Source of the DNA: a virus
IMG/VR virus record: IMGVR_UViG_3300049002_000006
Location: 1 to 64,000 of that record
DNA: 64,000 bases
Reading direction: 5' to 3' (one strand)
Shown piece by piece: positions 16,932-27,150 of the stretch (position 1 is its first letter; each line of letters begins with the position of its first letter). The notes below the pieces were generated by a model, which was not told where the DNA came from, did no database searches, and saw only the letters and a list, made by a program, of their open reading frames with translations. A program made the translations under genes and the position numbers.

Positions 16932-19900
16932 GTGATTTCGTCCCGTGTCACCGATGCCCGGACCGTTCGCGGGTCTTTCCAGTCCGTAGCTACGGCCGCC
17001 CTACGGAATGCCCTCCCGACTGCTTTACGGGTCGAGGGGATGCTGGTGTACCTTCAGTCCGACCAAATCACTTATCAGTTGTTGCCGGCCCCCTGGACCG
17101 GAACGAACTCAGACTGGACCACGTTCTCGGCTCTGACTCCGTACTCGATTCCTACGTTCAGTCAATTCCGGATCGCCAACCAAGCGTCCGTAGTTGTGGC
17201 CGGAGACACGATCAGCGGGGCGAAGACGTTCACCTGGGCGACCACTAATCCGGCGAACGTGGCGGCGAACAGTCTGAGCATCCTGGACGTTACGAACGCC
17301 GTTACTCTGGCTTCTGCTCTCGCCGACGACGGGACGCAGGCGATCACCATTCCGACGCCGGTGACGCACGGGGCCGGCGGGTCACACGTCTGGCGGATTA
17401 GCGGACTAGACTCGAAGGGGAACGCCTTCACGGCCGACTTTACCGTCTCGTGGGTCGCGGCATCGAACCTGACGTACTATGTTCGACCGGACGGCAACAA
17501 CTCAAATACCGGACTAGTAGATAACGCCGGCGGAGCGTTCCTGACCCTCCAGGCCGCCGCGAACGTGGTCTCGGTTGGGGACATGATCCACGTCCGGCCC
17601 GGGAACTACGTCGGGGCCCGGCAACTGAACAAGTCCGGCACCCTGTCCGCCCCGATTATCTGGTTGTTCGACACCGGGGCGACGGTTATTTCGACCCGGC
17701 CTGGGGCTCCGACCGACGAGAAGGACGGTATGAACTTCGATGGGTGTGAGTACACGACCTTCACCGGGGCAACGCTCACACCCGACGGCAGTATCGACCG
17801 GGCCGGCATCCGCATGTCCGGATCGGGCATCCTTCGGGGCAACAGGGTCCTAAACTGTACGGTGTCGTCCGGTATTCTGGCCGGCATTTTCACGGGCGGG
17901 CAGTCCGATTTCGAGGTCGGGTACTGCACCGTCTTCGGCATCGCCGGGCCGTCGGACGGACAGGGGCACGCCTGCTACACGTCCCGGACCAGTGACAACG
18001 TTTGGATTCACGACAACGTGTTCCACGATGTTGGTGGGGACGGCATTCACACCAACGGCGGGAGCGGCGGGCCGTCCACTAACTACCTGATCGAGCGGAA
18101 CACCGTCTACCGAAGCAACCTGTCACAGGGCGGCGGGGCGTTGGACTTGGACGGGTTCGTGAACGGGGTGATTCGGAACAATGTCATCTATAATTGCTAC
18201 TCGGCCGGAATCGCCCTGTTTAACGGAGACACGCCCCAGCCGTCTACCGGAAACGTTGTTTGCAACAATTCGATTCACTTGGCGGCAACTTCCCCGGAGG
18301 CCAAGGGGGTGATCTACCTGACCGGGGCGGCGACGGGGAACAAGGTCTTCAACAACGTCGTCTGGTGTGCGAACACGGTCAATGGGGACAGCGGGCAGGG
18401 CGGGTATACAGTCCTCGTCAGCCAAGCCGCGATCAGCGGCGACGACCCGAGCCAATTCGATTACAACGCCTATGCGGACGAGGGTGACAACCAGATTGCG
18501 GTCAATACCGGTCTAGAGGCCGGTCCGGTCCGGCTGACGCTTGCCCAATGGCAGTTCAGCGGGTTCGACGCCCACGGCATCACAGTGGACGCCGACGATG
18601 CCTTCCTGGACTCGGCAACTCCGAATTTGGAGCCGAAGTCCGGAAGTGATTTGATTGATGCTGGGATTGACACGTTCGCAGGAGAGGATGCACCGGACGA
18701 TGACGTGAACGGGGCAGACCGGCCGTCCGGTACCTTGTTCGACATCGGGGCGTTTGAGTACGACGCGAATGCCGTCCATATCACGGCGACGTCCCCCGTC
18801 GGGAATTCAGTCGGAGTTAAATCCGGGGTAGTTGCTTGGACGTATGACCGGGCAATCAGTTCCGCTAGTATCGTGTTCACTCTAGTCGATGAGGACGACG
18901 TGGCAGTTGCAGGATCGGTCGGATACAACTCGGGCAGTCATGTTGCCACGTTCACCCCGACCGATCCTGACGATATTAACCCACTGACCGAGTACACTGC
19001 GACTGTGTCCGTGACGACTACTGTCGGTGGCGGACAGACGATGCCGAGGCCGGCTATTTGGTCGTTCACTACCGCGGCAGCGCCTAGTGTAGGTCCGTTT
19101 AGCCTGTTCGGGCAGTCGGTTCCGTCTATCGCGGACTTTGACGATCCGACTCCTGTCGAACTCGGTACACGGATTAAAGCGTCCTACAACGGCTACGTCA
19201 TCGGTGTTCGCTTTTATAAAGCCCTCCTGAACACGGGCACACACGCGGCCCACTTCTGGACTGTGAGCGGATCGCTTTCCGCCACTAAAAACTTCGCCGG
19301 AGAAACCTCGTCCGGTTGGCAGGAGCAAGAATTCGATACACCGATCGGAGTTACGGCCAACGTCGCGTTCATCGTCAGCTACACCTGCCCGGTCGGACAC
19401 TGGGGGGCCACCCGACCGTTCTTTACTACTGATTTCGTAAATGGTTTATTGACCGGGCCGGTGGACGATCCGGAAGGCTCCCCGAACGGCCCGTTTCACG
19501 CCTACGGCGGTTTTCCTGATACTTCCGTCGGGGCTACTTGGTACGGTGTCGATTGTCTGTTCACAGGACAAGATCCGTACCCTGACAAGACTGGGGTTAG
19601 CATCTTCTCGGCCCTGACGTGGGTGTTTGCAGACGCGGTAGATCCGGTGTCGGTGACGTTCAGTCTAGTCGATTCCGGAGACACTCCTGTAGACGGGACG
19701 TTGACGAACGACGGTCCGAAGAAGAGGTTCACTTTCACTCCGGACGACGTACTGGAACTTAGTGAGACTTACACGGCTTCGGTGTCGGGGGCCACACTGG
19801 ACGGTGGGACAATCACTCAACCGACCGAACAGACATGGTCGTTTACGACGGAAGCTGTCGCCAGCCCGGTGAATATCTTCGGAACAACAGTTCCTGGTAC

Positions 19901-20351
19901 TATCGACGCGACGGACTCCCAGCCGTTCGAGGGGGGCGTCAAGTTCCGGTCCACAGTAGGTGGGAACGCCGTCGGAGTCCGATTTTACAAGGGGCCGCTA
20001 GATACCGGGACGCACGTCGGCCGACTGTACACGGTCCTCGGCGTCCTACTCGCCGAAGTCGCGTTCACCGGAGAGTCGGCGTCCGGCTGGCAAGAGATGA
20101 ATTTCGCCAGCCCGGTCGCCCTGACGGCCGGTGTGACCTATGTCGTCAGTGTCTACCACGCCTCTGGGTTCTTCCCGATCAACGCGAACTACTTCACGGC
20201 TTCGGGGCACACCAACAATCCGTTGACGGCTTTGCAGACCGGAGTGGACGGAGGGAATGGTGTGTTCCTTGAAGGTCTAGGCGGAGGATTCCCGACGACG
20301 ACGGTGAACGGCGGCAACTACTGGTCTGACATCATCTTCCAGGTGACTTGA
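16932..20351 (+). CDS. large adhesin/depolymerase: right-handed beta-helix + Ig-like (Big_5-like) + two DUF4082-like domains
   Basis: YYVRPDGNNSNTG..FLTLQAA..GD.I.V.PG.Y; PbH repeats; DIGAFEY; ELGxRxK..GVRFYK..TGTH..E(T/S)xSGWQE twice. Confidence 0.8.
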   Translation: MISSRVTDARTVRGSFQSVATAALRNALPTALRVEGMLVYLQSDQITYQLLPAPWTGTNSDWTTFSALTPYSIPTFSQFRIANQASVVVAGDTISGAKTFTWATTNPANVAANSLSILDVTNAVTLASALADDGTQAITIPTPVTHGAGGSHVWRISGLDSKGNAFTADFTVSWVAASNLTYYVRPDGNNSNTGLVDNAGGAFLTLQAAANVVSVGDMIHVRPGNYVGARQLNKSGTLSAPIIWLFDTGATVISTRPGAPTDEKDGMNFDGCEYTTFTGATLTPDGSIDRAGIRMSGSGILRGNRVLNCTVSSGILAGIFTGGQSDFEVGYCTVFGIAGPSDGQGHACYTSRTSDNVWIHDNVFHDVGGDGIHTNGGSGGPSTNYLIERNTVYRSNLSQGGGALDLDGFVNGVIRNNVIYNCYSAGIALFNGDTPQPSTGNVVCNNSIHLAATSPEAKGVIYLTGAATGNKVFNNVVWCANTVNGDSGQGGYTVLVSQAAISGDDPSQFDYNAYADEGDNQIAVNTGLEAGPVRLTLAQWQFSGFDAHGITVDADDAFLDSATPNLEPKSGSDLIDAGIDTFAGEDAPDDDVNGADRPSGTLFDIGAFEYDANAVHITATSPVGNSVGVKSGVVAWTYDRAISSASIVFTLVDEDDVAVAGSVGYNSGSHVATFTPTDPDDINPLTEYTATVSVTTTVGGGQTMPRPAIWSFTTAAAPSVGPFSLFGQSVPSIADFDDPTPVELGTRIKASYNGYVIGVRFYKALLNTGTHAAHFWTVSGSLSATKNFAGETSSGWQEQEFDTPIGVTANVAFIVSYTCPVGHWGATRPFFTTDFVNGLLTGPVDDPEGSPNGPFHAYGGFPDTSVGATWYGVDCLFTGQDPYPDKTGVSIFSALTWVFADAVDPVSVTFSLVDSGDTPVDGTLTNDGPKKRFTFTPDDVLELSETYTASVSGATLDGGTITQPTEQTWSFTTEAVASPVNIFGTTVPGTIDATDSQPFEGGVKFRSTVGGNAVGVRFYKGPLDTGTHVGRLYTVLGVLLAEVAFTGESASGWQEMNFASPVALTAGVTYVVSVYHASGFFPINANYFTASGHTNNPLTALQTGVDGGNGVFLEGLGGGFPTTTVNGGNYWSDIIFQVT

Positions 20352-20791
20352 TGGCAAATGAGTTCCAAGTCGATTATATTCCTGGGGCAACTGTCTACTT
20401 CCTGGTTCGAGACTACCTAGGACGGATATGGTCTACTGTTGCGTCGTCGTTCGGGACGTATGCTACGGTGACCTTGGCGAATTACGACGTGTCGGCCACC
20501 GAACAAGGAACGGCAAGTGGGTATTATGTGGCCGACGCCCCGGCCGGGTTACCGAAAGGTGTGTATAACGTCGTGGCGAAGGTCCAGGCAGGAGGGTCCC
20601 CGTCTGAGGTAGACTTGACTATCGGGTTTGGGACCCTAGAATTTCCGCCGGCCTGGTTCGAATACGGCGGGCAGACGATCAAGAACGATGGGGCTGGGAC
20701 GATTGTCCGAAAAGATCGGGACGGGAATACAGTGTCGAGTCAGACGTTCACTAGTGCTTCCGGGGTGGACACCATTAACGCGGCGTCCTAA
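20348..20791 (+). CDS. putative structural protein
   Basis: Coupled ORF. Confidence 0.6.
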   Translation: MMANEFQVDYIPGATVYFLVRDYLGRIWSTVASSFGTYATVTLANYDVSATEQGTASGYYVADAPAGLPKGVYNVVAKVQAGGSPSEVDLTIGFGTLEFPPAWFEYGGQTIKNDGAGTIVRKDRDGNTVSSQTFTSASGVDTINAAS

Positions 20792-21324
20792 TGATCGACG
20801 TACTCGACTTCTTGACGGTTGCCTACCCCTTTTCTTTTGGGGCTTCCGTTGGGCCGCCGGACCAGGATGAAGGATGGATATTCGACACTCCTAAAGGAGT
20901 CCACGTTCGGGTATTTTTGCCCACGGACGAGTCTCAGTTTCTCACAGGAGAGTCGATGCCGACCGCACAATTCGCCGTAGGGACTTTGATCCTGATTAAA
21001 GGGGAAATTAAGACCTTCGGTTTTGACTATTCCAAGTTTGGGGCGGTCCGGGCCGGGGACACAATTCAGAACCCGGTCGTGTCGTTCGTCACGGGGGGCA
21101 GCGGAGTTACTGTGGGCACGGCCGAAGTGAACACCGAAGAGTTCTTCGATTTTGGCACTAGAAAGGCCATTCCCGCGAACAAGGGCGTTATTGTGGCGTT
21201 TGATGCCTCTGGCACAATAACGCCAGGGAAATACGTTGTCAGTTGCGTTGCGCAAGTAGGTGACGATCCTGCCGTGAAGATTCTTGGGAAAGTTCTAGTC
21301 ACAGACACGTCGGGGGGTATCTAG
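20791..21324 (+). CDS. putative fibre adaptor/structural protein
   Basis: Coupled ORF, beta-rich. Confidence 0.55.
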   Translation: MIDVLDFLTVAYPFSFGASVGPPDQDEGWIFDTPKGVHVRVFLPTDESQFLTGESMPTAQFAVGTLILIKGEIKTFGFDYSKFGAVRAGDTIQNPVVSFVTGGSGVTVGTAEVNTEEFFDFGTRKAIPANKGVIVAFDASGTITPGKYVVSCVAQVGDDPAVKILGKVLVTDTSGGI

Positions 21325-21340
21325 GACCACTGCAAGGTGG

Positions 21341-21424
21341 CGGCTCCGGTAGAAGTAGTTGCGAGTCCTACTTCTGGTAAGTTGATGTTGTAAGATCGGA
21401 CCTTACAACATCAAGCCGGGGCTG
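21341..21424 (+). ncRNA. candidate structured RNA (three-way junction) upstream of portal
   Basis: 9-bp closing stem enclosing 8-bp and 13-bp perfect hairpins. Confidence 0.4.
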
Positions 21425-21539
21425 ATATATTAAGGAATACTAAAATGGTTTCGTTCGACAGGTCTTGGTGGAAGGGACCGGCCCCGTGGTGGGGCGGGCT
21501 ACTGGTCGTCGCCGTAACCCTACTGTTCTGGATTTTCTC

Positions 21540-23126
21540 ATGAAGGGTATGCCAAAGGTCACTTTCGACCAGGCCGAGCGGATCCTCGATCAGAAAATCG
21601 AAGAACTCCTTCGTCACGGCAACGTCCGGAACGAATCCAGTCTGCACGGTCGGCCGTCCCGGTCCGATCTTGCTGCCACGTCTGTGGACGAAGATCCGGA
21701 AAGGGACTTGTACACGGAGTGCGGGTATCCGAGGACGATCACCGCCTTCAAGTATAAAGCCCTGATCGAACGGGAAGGACACGCCCGCCGGGCGAACGAA
21801 ATCTACCCGGACGAAACGTGGGCCGAGGAGCCCGAGATTTTCGAGTCGGACGATGAGACGGTCGAGACTCCACTGGAAAAGTCGTGGTTGGAGTACGCCG
21901 CGAAGACCAGGGCTTTGAGGTACATGTACCTCGGAGACATCGCGTCGGGCATCGGCCGGATCGGCGGACTTTTATTCGGCTTTAACGACCTATCTGGAAG
22001 CCGGAAGCCGGAAAAACCAGTTCTAGGTTTGAAGGACGACGGGACGCGAGCCCCCGGCCGCCCGCCCGAAGACCGTCAACACCTGTTCACGCGGGTGTTT
22101 GACGAGACGCTCATCCAGATCGTTGACGTTGACAACAGTTACGGGCCACGACACGGCCAGCCGACGATGTACCGGCTGACGCTCACGACACCTGACGGCA
22201 TCATCAACTCCGCGACCGAGGGCACGCAACGACCGATCAGCAAGAAGGCGGCAACGGACGAGACGCTACTAGTTCATTGGACTAGGTTCTTGCCCCTGGC
22301 CGACGGGAAGACGACACACCCGATTTTCGGCACGCCCCGACTCGAAAGCAACTATAACCGGTTGCTCGATCTTCGGAAGCTGTATTCGGCCTCGCCCGAG
22401 ATGTTCTACAACGGAGCGTTTCCTGGGTATTCTCTCGAAGCCCTGCCGGACGTGACCAGTGACGACGACATCGACGTGGAGGCGACTCAACTCCAGCTGA
22501 GTCGGTACCGGAAGAAACTGCAACGGTTTGTCATGCTCGTTGGCATGACCATGAAGCCGCTGACACCACAAATTGCCGACCCGTCTAAGCACGTCGAAGT
22601 CTTGTTGGCGGCCGTCGCTATGGCGATGGGTATTCCGCTACGAATCTTCCTGGGCTCGGAGTCAGGGCATCTGGCGTCCACACAAGACGTAGCCACATGG
22701 AACAAGCGACTGGCAAAGCGGCAGCATACCTACGTCACCCCCGAGATTATCATTCCGTACATCGAACGGATGCAACTCGTCGGGTGTCTGCCGCAGTCGA
22801 AGCAGGTCAAGGTGGCGTGGGCCGACTTAAACAGTTCGTCGGACGAGACGCAGGCGGACGTGGCGTTGAAGACCACGCAAGCCTTGTTGCAGTACGCCAA
22901 GTCCGGGGCCGAGGAATTCTTCCCGTTGCCGTTCTTCCTGGCTCACGTCCTGAAGTATAACAGGAAGTTGGTGTCGGCTATTGTCAAGGAGGCTCAGAAG
23001 CGAGGTCGGTTGAAGCTGACGAGGAAGGTTTGGGAACAAGAAAAGGCCGCTCCGATCGGCGGGACAGGGAAGAAGCAGACCGGAGCTAAGACTGGTCGCA
23101 AGAGGAATGCGACCAGTAGTAAGTGA
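21540..23126 (+). CDS. portal protein (DUF1073-like)
   Basis: YTECGYP, GQPTMY, VHWTR, FGTPRLE, GIPLRIFLGSESGHLASTQD; size. Confidence 0.85.
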   Translation: MKGMPKVTFDQAERILDQKIEELLRHGNVRNESSLHGRPSRSDLAATSVDEDPERDLYTECGYPRTITAFKYKALIEREGHARRANEIYPDETWAEEPEIFESDDETVETPLEKSWLEYAAKTRALRYMYLGDIASGIGRIGGLLFGFNDLSGSRKPEKPVLGLKDDGTRAPGRPPEDRQHLFTRVFDETLIQIVDVDNSYGPRHGQPTMYRLTLTTPDGIINSATEGTQRPISKKAATDETLLVHWTRFLPLADGKTTHPIFGTPRLESNYNRLLDLRKLYSASPEMFYNGAFPGYSLEALPDVTSDDDIDVEATQLQLSRYRKKLQRFVMLVGMTMKPLTPQIADPSKHVEVLLAAVAMAMGIPLRIFLGSESGHLASTQDVATWNKRLAKRQHTYVTPEIIIPYIERMQLVGCLPQSKQVKVAWADLNSSSDETQADVALKTTQALLQYAKSGAEEFFPLPFFLAHVLKYNRKLVSAIVKEAQKRGRLKLTRKVWEQEKAAPIGGTGKKQTGAKTGRKRNATSSK

Positions 23127-23151
23127 TCGCCTTCGCCTATCGGGAGTTAGG

Positions 23152-23802
23152 ATGTGGTGGTTTGAAACAACAGACTGGCCCGCCCGCTGGCAGTGCGGTA
23201 TTTGGCCGTGGTGGCTAGGATGGGGGACGATTTGTAGTAACCTGATGATCACGGGAGCTTACTACCTGATTCCTGGTTTGATGCTTTATTTAATCAGGAA
23301 GAAGCCGGAGCTAGTCCATAGTCACAAGAAACTGGCAATTTGGTTTGCTATGTTCGTCATCATGTGTGGAACGACTCACGCGATGGACGCTCTGTCGTAC
23401 TGGTGGCCGGCTTATCGATTTAATCTTTTGGTCCGTTTCGGAACGGCAGTCGTCTCCGTGTACACTCTGGCTTTGTTGTGGGCCAGTCGCTTATCACTCT
23501 TGAATTACTGCGGGCCGGAGGCCGTGCAGAAGTTACTAGACGAGCGCAACGAAGCTGTCCGGAAGTTACAGGCGACCAATAGGCTCCTCGAAGCGCAGGC
23601 GGCCAGAGACCACAGGCAATTACAGGAATTCGAGAAGGACTTGTCTGACGTCCGAGTTCAAGCCGTCAAATTAGAGCAAATGGACGATGACGGGTTAAGA
23701 GCCATCGGAGACCAAATCCGGAAGAAGATCCATGAGATTCGAGGGCACACTCCGATCTCCCTCGCCCACGTGATAGCCAAAGCCGGAGAAGAAATACCGT
23801 GA
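23152..23802 (+). CDS. stand-alone ethylene-receptor-type membrane sensor domain + coiled coil
   Basis: AYYLIP...FAMFVIMCGTTH aligns to ETR1 AYFSIP...FGAFIVLCGATH. Confidence 0.75.
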   Translation: MWWFETTDWPARWQCGIWPWWLGWGTICSNLMITGAYYLIPGLMLYLIRKKPELVHSHKKLAIWFAMFVIMCGTTHAMDALSYWWPAYRFNLLVRFGTAVVSVYTLALLWASRLSLLNYCGPEAVQKLLDERNEAVRKLQATNRLLEAQAARDHRQLQEFEKDLSDVRVQAVKLEQMDDDGLRAIGDQIRKKIHEIRGHTPISLAHVIAKAGEEIP

Positions 23803-24275
23803 TTACGCCTATCGTGTTCGCCGACACTGACTGGAGTACAGTCGTGACAGCAGCGGTGGCAGCTTTCTTAACTGTGGCAACTACCATAGGAGGCGGAATA
23901 GGGTGGTTGCTGAATTGGCGGTCTAAGCAGGAAGACAAAGAAAGGAAATATTCGACCGAAATGATGACCAGGTTCGAAGCCCTGGTCGGTAAGGTCGAAA
24001 GCATATCGACCGAATTTCGGACGGCAAACCGGGACATGGCCAAGGACTTCCAAGGCACGGCGACCTCTTTGGCGAAGGAGGCCAGAACGGAAAGCCGGGA
24101 AGTGATGAAGACTCTGCTGAACATCCAGAGTGAGGCGGTCGAAGCCGTCGGCGGATTGGCCACCGAGGTCAGAGCCCTCGGGATGGCCCTCAACGAGTTG
24201 AGACTGGAGTTAGACAGGAAGCAAGACAAGCACCCGTCGCTAGTGCTTCCTGCCGGGGTGACAGGAGGGAGTTGA
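23799..24275 (+). CDS. N-terminal TM + coiled-coil protein (holin/spanin-like)
   Basis: Single TM then heptad helix. Confidence 0.55.
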   Translation: MITPIVFADTDWSTVVTAAVAAFLTVATTIGGGIGWLLNWRSKQEDKERKYSTEMMTRFEALVGKVESISTEFRTANRDMAKDFQGTATSLAKEARTESREVMKTLLNIQSEAVEAVGGLATEVRALGMALNELRLELDRKQDKHPSLVLPAGVTGGS

Positions 24276-24434
24276 TGATGCCAGAAGAACTCCATAGCGG
24301 ACAGTCACTATTCTGGTATCGAGTTTTCGTGATCGTCGTCAGCCTCGCCATCGTCCAATACGTCGTCGGCCGTATTTCGACCAAAGATTCGACACGCGAA
24401 GACGTGGCCTCGTCTATGGTACGGGAAAACGAGG

Positions 24435-24851
24435 CTAGAACGTGGGCATGGTGGGTGGCGGTCCGATCTGACAATCAACAACCGTGACGAAGAATCGATA
24501 GTCGGACGTACCTCTGATTTTCCCGTCCCAAGTCCGGCCCACACACTTGCCATAGATCCAGATGATCCCAGTCAGGTCCTTCGGCTTCTCGAGGAATCGA
24601 AATACCAAGACGGCCGGTTCTGACAGTGGGCCGACGTGGACCAGAATGTCGTCGCCCGAGATGGTGTAAGTTGTTACTGCAACGACCACTCGCCGGTCGT
24701 TGTAAGCGATGGTTGCATTAGTTGGGTCAGATTTGTACGCTTGAACTAGATAATCGAATCGGACGACTGCCGGCGAATCGTCCTTAACTCCGGCACACGA
24801 GGACAACATGACGATTAAGAAGCCGGCGACGACACGGAAAAAAGAGGTCAC
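24435..24851 (-). CDS. antisense lipoprotein, OB-fold (tRNA_anti-like)
   Basis: SD AGGAGG + GTG 24851, lipobox MLSSC, LVQAYKSDPTNATIAYNDRRV. Confidence 0.7.
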   Translation of the reverse strand: MTSFFRVVAGFLIVMLSSCAGVKDDSPAVVRFDYLVQAYKSDPTNATIAYNDRRVVVAVTTYTISGDDILVHVGPLSEPAVLVFRFLEKPKDLTGIIWIYGKCVGRTWDGKIRGTSDYRFFVTVVDCQIGPPPTMPTF

Positions 24852-25038
24852 TGGGAAGCCTCCTAAGGTAAGAATCAAGACCGATGCTCCTGTCTGTTCC
24901 GGTCCTCCTCAGGGGGCCGGCGGAGTTTGGGTCCATGACGGCATTAGCTGGACCCAAAAACAAGTCCCAACAGGAAGCGGTACTTGGCGTCTGATCTGGA
25001 CGTCAGCCCACGGTTGGGATTGGGAGCCCGTCAACTAA
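24808..25038 (+). CDS. small Trp-rich protein
   Basis: SD GAGGA + ATG. Confidence 0.45.
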   Translation: MTIKKPATTRKKEVTGKPPKVRIKTDAPVCSGPPQGAGGVWVHDGISWTQKQVPTGSGTWRLIWTSAHGWDWEPVN

Positions 25039-25105
25039 TATAATCGAGATTCGCCTCAGGAACCTGTCAAAAATCTTTCGCCCTTTTAAAACGCAGGAGA
25101 TTTGA

Positions 25106-25819
25106 ATGCGACGACTCGCAATCGTTGGCATGTTCGTCCTGGTGACGGCGTGCCAAGCTGCCGACTTGAAACTGGTCGGTGAGCGGCAAGTGTCGGCGGA
25201 CAAATTCGCCGACTTCATGGTCGAAGGTCACACCGAAAACGTAGACTACTTCGTCTATCCGATCCCGCCAATGTCAGTAGAGCGGGGCGGCGGGATATCG
25301 TTCAGCCGCGATCCGAAGGTTGCCGTCTACGTCATCAAAGCGACCGTGGTAGATTTCAACGCCAAAAAGGTTTTGAAGAGTGATCTAGTTCCGGTGACAT
25401 TCGGGATTCCGATCCCACCAGGTCCTCCGGACCCACCTGAACCGCCCCCACTGCCGGAAGATCCCTTCATCAAAGGGTTGAGAGAGGAAGTTGCGAAAAT
25501 CTCTCCCGCGGAAGACAAAGCCCGGGTCACGGCTTTGTCGGAAATGTACCGGGCCGGGGCCAAAGCCGTCGAGGACAAGATCGTCAAATCATGGACCGGG
25601 CTCCGGGCAAAGTTGGGGGACGAAGCGGCCAGTCGTCAAATTTCAGGTCGTCTAGCAAACGTCCAGAAGTACATCATCGAAACCAAGCTGAGTAAGGCGA
25701 TGCCGAAAACCATCGATCCTCTGGACGACGTGTTTACGGCAGATAAAGGGAGGGCCGCTCAGCAGGTGTTGACCGAGGCGGCGGATGCTTTGGACAAGGT
25801 GGCCAGGAACGGAAAGTAA
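25106..25819 (+). CDS. exported/lipoprotein with Pro-rich linker
   Basis: Signal ending LVTAC; PPGPPDPPEPPP. Confidence 0.7.
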   Translation: MRRLAIVGMFVLVTACQAADLKLVGERQVSADKFADFMVEGHTENVDYFVYPIPPMSVERGGGISFSRDPKVAVYVIKATVVDFNAKKVLKSDLVPVTFGIPIPPGPPDPPEPPPLPEDPFIKGLREEVAKISPAEDKARVTALSEMYRAGAKAVEDKIVKSWTGLRAKLGDEAASRQISGRLANVQKYIIETKLSKAMPKTIDPLDDVFTADKGRAAQQVLTEAADALDKVARNGK

Positions 25820-25834
25820 CCAGGAGAACTCGCG

Positions 25835-26854
25835 ATGGACGAACATGAAATCTTCCGGCAGGTCGGTGGTCGCCCAATGCTTCCTGTAGGAGCCAAGTTC
25901 GCCGACTTCGCTCCCGCAGACGTTCCGTGGAACTTCGGGCTTCTGCCACAGACGCCTCCGGTCCTGGACATGATCCGGGCCACGCCGTCCTTGGCCCAAC
26001 GGTTTCCTAGACTTGTCGGGTCATGGGACGGCAAGACCGAAATCAACCTGCTTGATTCGGTTCGGAAGATTGGTGTGGACCCGATCAGTCTCGTACAGTA
26101 CCAGCCCCGCGGGACTTGTGGCGGCCGGGCGGGGAGTCTCGGCCTCGACCTGATCCAGGCTTCCGTGATCGCGTCGGGCAGGTCTGATAAGAAGACTAAG
26201 TTCCGGCGGGCCTCGCACGCGGCCGTCTACTACTTCGCCCGGCAGAAGTACGGCATGGACCGGGGCGGGAATAACGAAAACAATGACGGCGTGGCGGGCG
26301 GGGCCGTGCCCGAGATCCTAGCCGACCCCTTATTCGGTGTCGTATTCCGGGACGAGATCGGGGACACGAACTACTACGGTGAAGGGTCGGACGATCTGGC
26401 GTGTACGATTGGTGGCGGTCAAATCAGTGCGGACATGAAGAAGAAGATTCACGAATTAGGTAGCGACAACACCATCGTGAAGGTCCGGTGCAAGTCTGCG
26501 CAAGACGTGGCCGACGTCCTGTTCAATCGAGGAGTCATCGTTCAGTCCGACAGTCAGGGCTACACGATGCAGCGGGACAAGGACGGATTTTGCCGTCCTT
26601 CTGGAACGTGGGCTCATTACCAAGTTCGCGGGGGGATTATAATCCGGAACGGCCGAAAAGGGTTTGTATACTACCAGTCGTGGAACAGGGACACACCGTC
26701 GGGGGACGTGATTCCGGGTTATACCGGAAACTGCTTCGGCGTAGATTGGGACGTCGAAGACAAGCTGTGCCGGACCGGCGAAGTGGATGGACTACTGGAC
26801 CTGGCTCTGTGGGATTACGATAAAGGACCGATCGAACTCAACTGGTTATTCTAA
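25835..26854 (+). CDS. papain-like (C1) cysteine peptidase
   Basis: QPRGTCGG (Q,C), WAHYQ (H), YYQSWN. Confidence 0.7.
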   Translation: MDEHEIFRQVGGRPMLPVGAKFADFAPADVPWNFGLLPQTPPVLDMIRATPSLAQRFPRLVGSWDGKTEINLLDSVRKIGVDPISLVQYQPRGTCGGRAGSLGLDLIQASVIASGRSDKKTKFRRASHAAVYYFARQKYGMDRGGNNENNDGVAGGAVPEILADPLFGVVFRDEIGDTNYYGEGSDDLACTIGGGQISADMKKKIHELGSDNTIVKVRCKSAQDVADVLFNRGVIVQSDSQGYTMQRDKDGFCRPSGTWAHYQVRGGIIIRNGRKGFVYYQSWNRDTPSGDVIPGYTGNCFGVDWDVEDKLCRTGEVDGLLDLALWDYDKGPIELNWLF

Positions 26855-26873
26855 CTAACAAAGGAAGTGTGTC

Positions 26874-27137
26874 ATGCCAAAATTCAGAAGCAGGCCGGTC
26901 GATTTCGAGGCCGTCCAATGGAAAGGAGATATGTACGGCACGCCAGGAGTCATTCAAGAACCCAATCCGGACTATCGGCCAGGAGGGACACTACCTGATT
27001 ATAAGTATTACGTGATGACAGCCCACAAACAAAAGGTGTACTTAGAAATCGGAGATTGGGTCCGAGCCGAGCCGGATGGCAGAGGACACTACCCGATCAA
27101 GCCGGACATCTTCGTGACCATTTGTGACCCGATATAA
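26874..27137 (+). CDS. small conserved phage protein
   Basis: KFRSRPVDFEAVQW..GDWV..HYPIKPDIF. Confidence 0.75.
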   Translation: MPKFRSRPVDFEAVQWKGDMYGTPGVIQEPNPDYRPGGTLPDYKYYVMTAHKQKVYLEIGDWVRAEPDGRGHYPIKPDIFVTICDPI

Positions 27138-27150
27138 AGAGGAGTGTGCT

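Noticed and set aside
21540-23126. Anti-CBASS Acb1 label sometimes attached to DUF1073 proteins
   Set aside because: Size, motifs and context fit a portal; no 2H phosphoesterase domain evident
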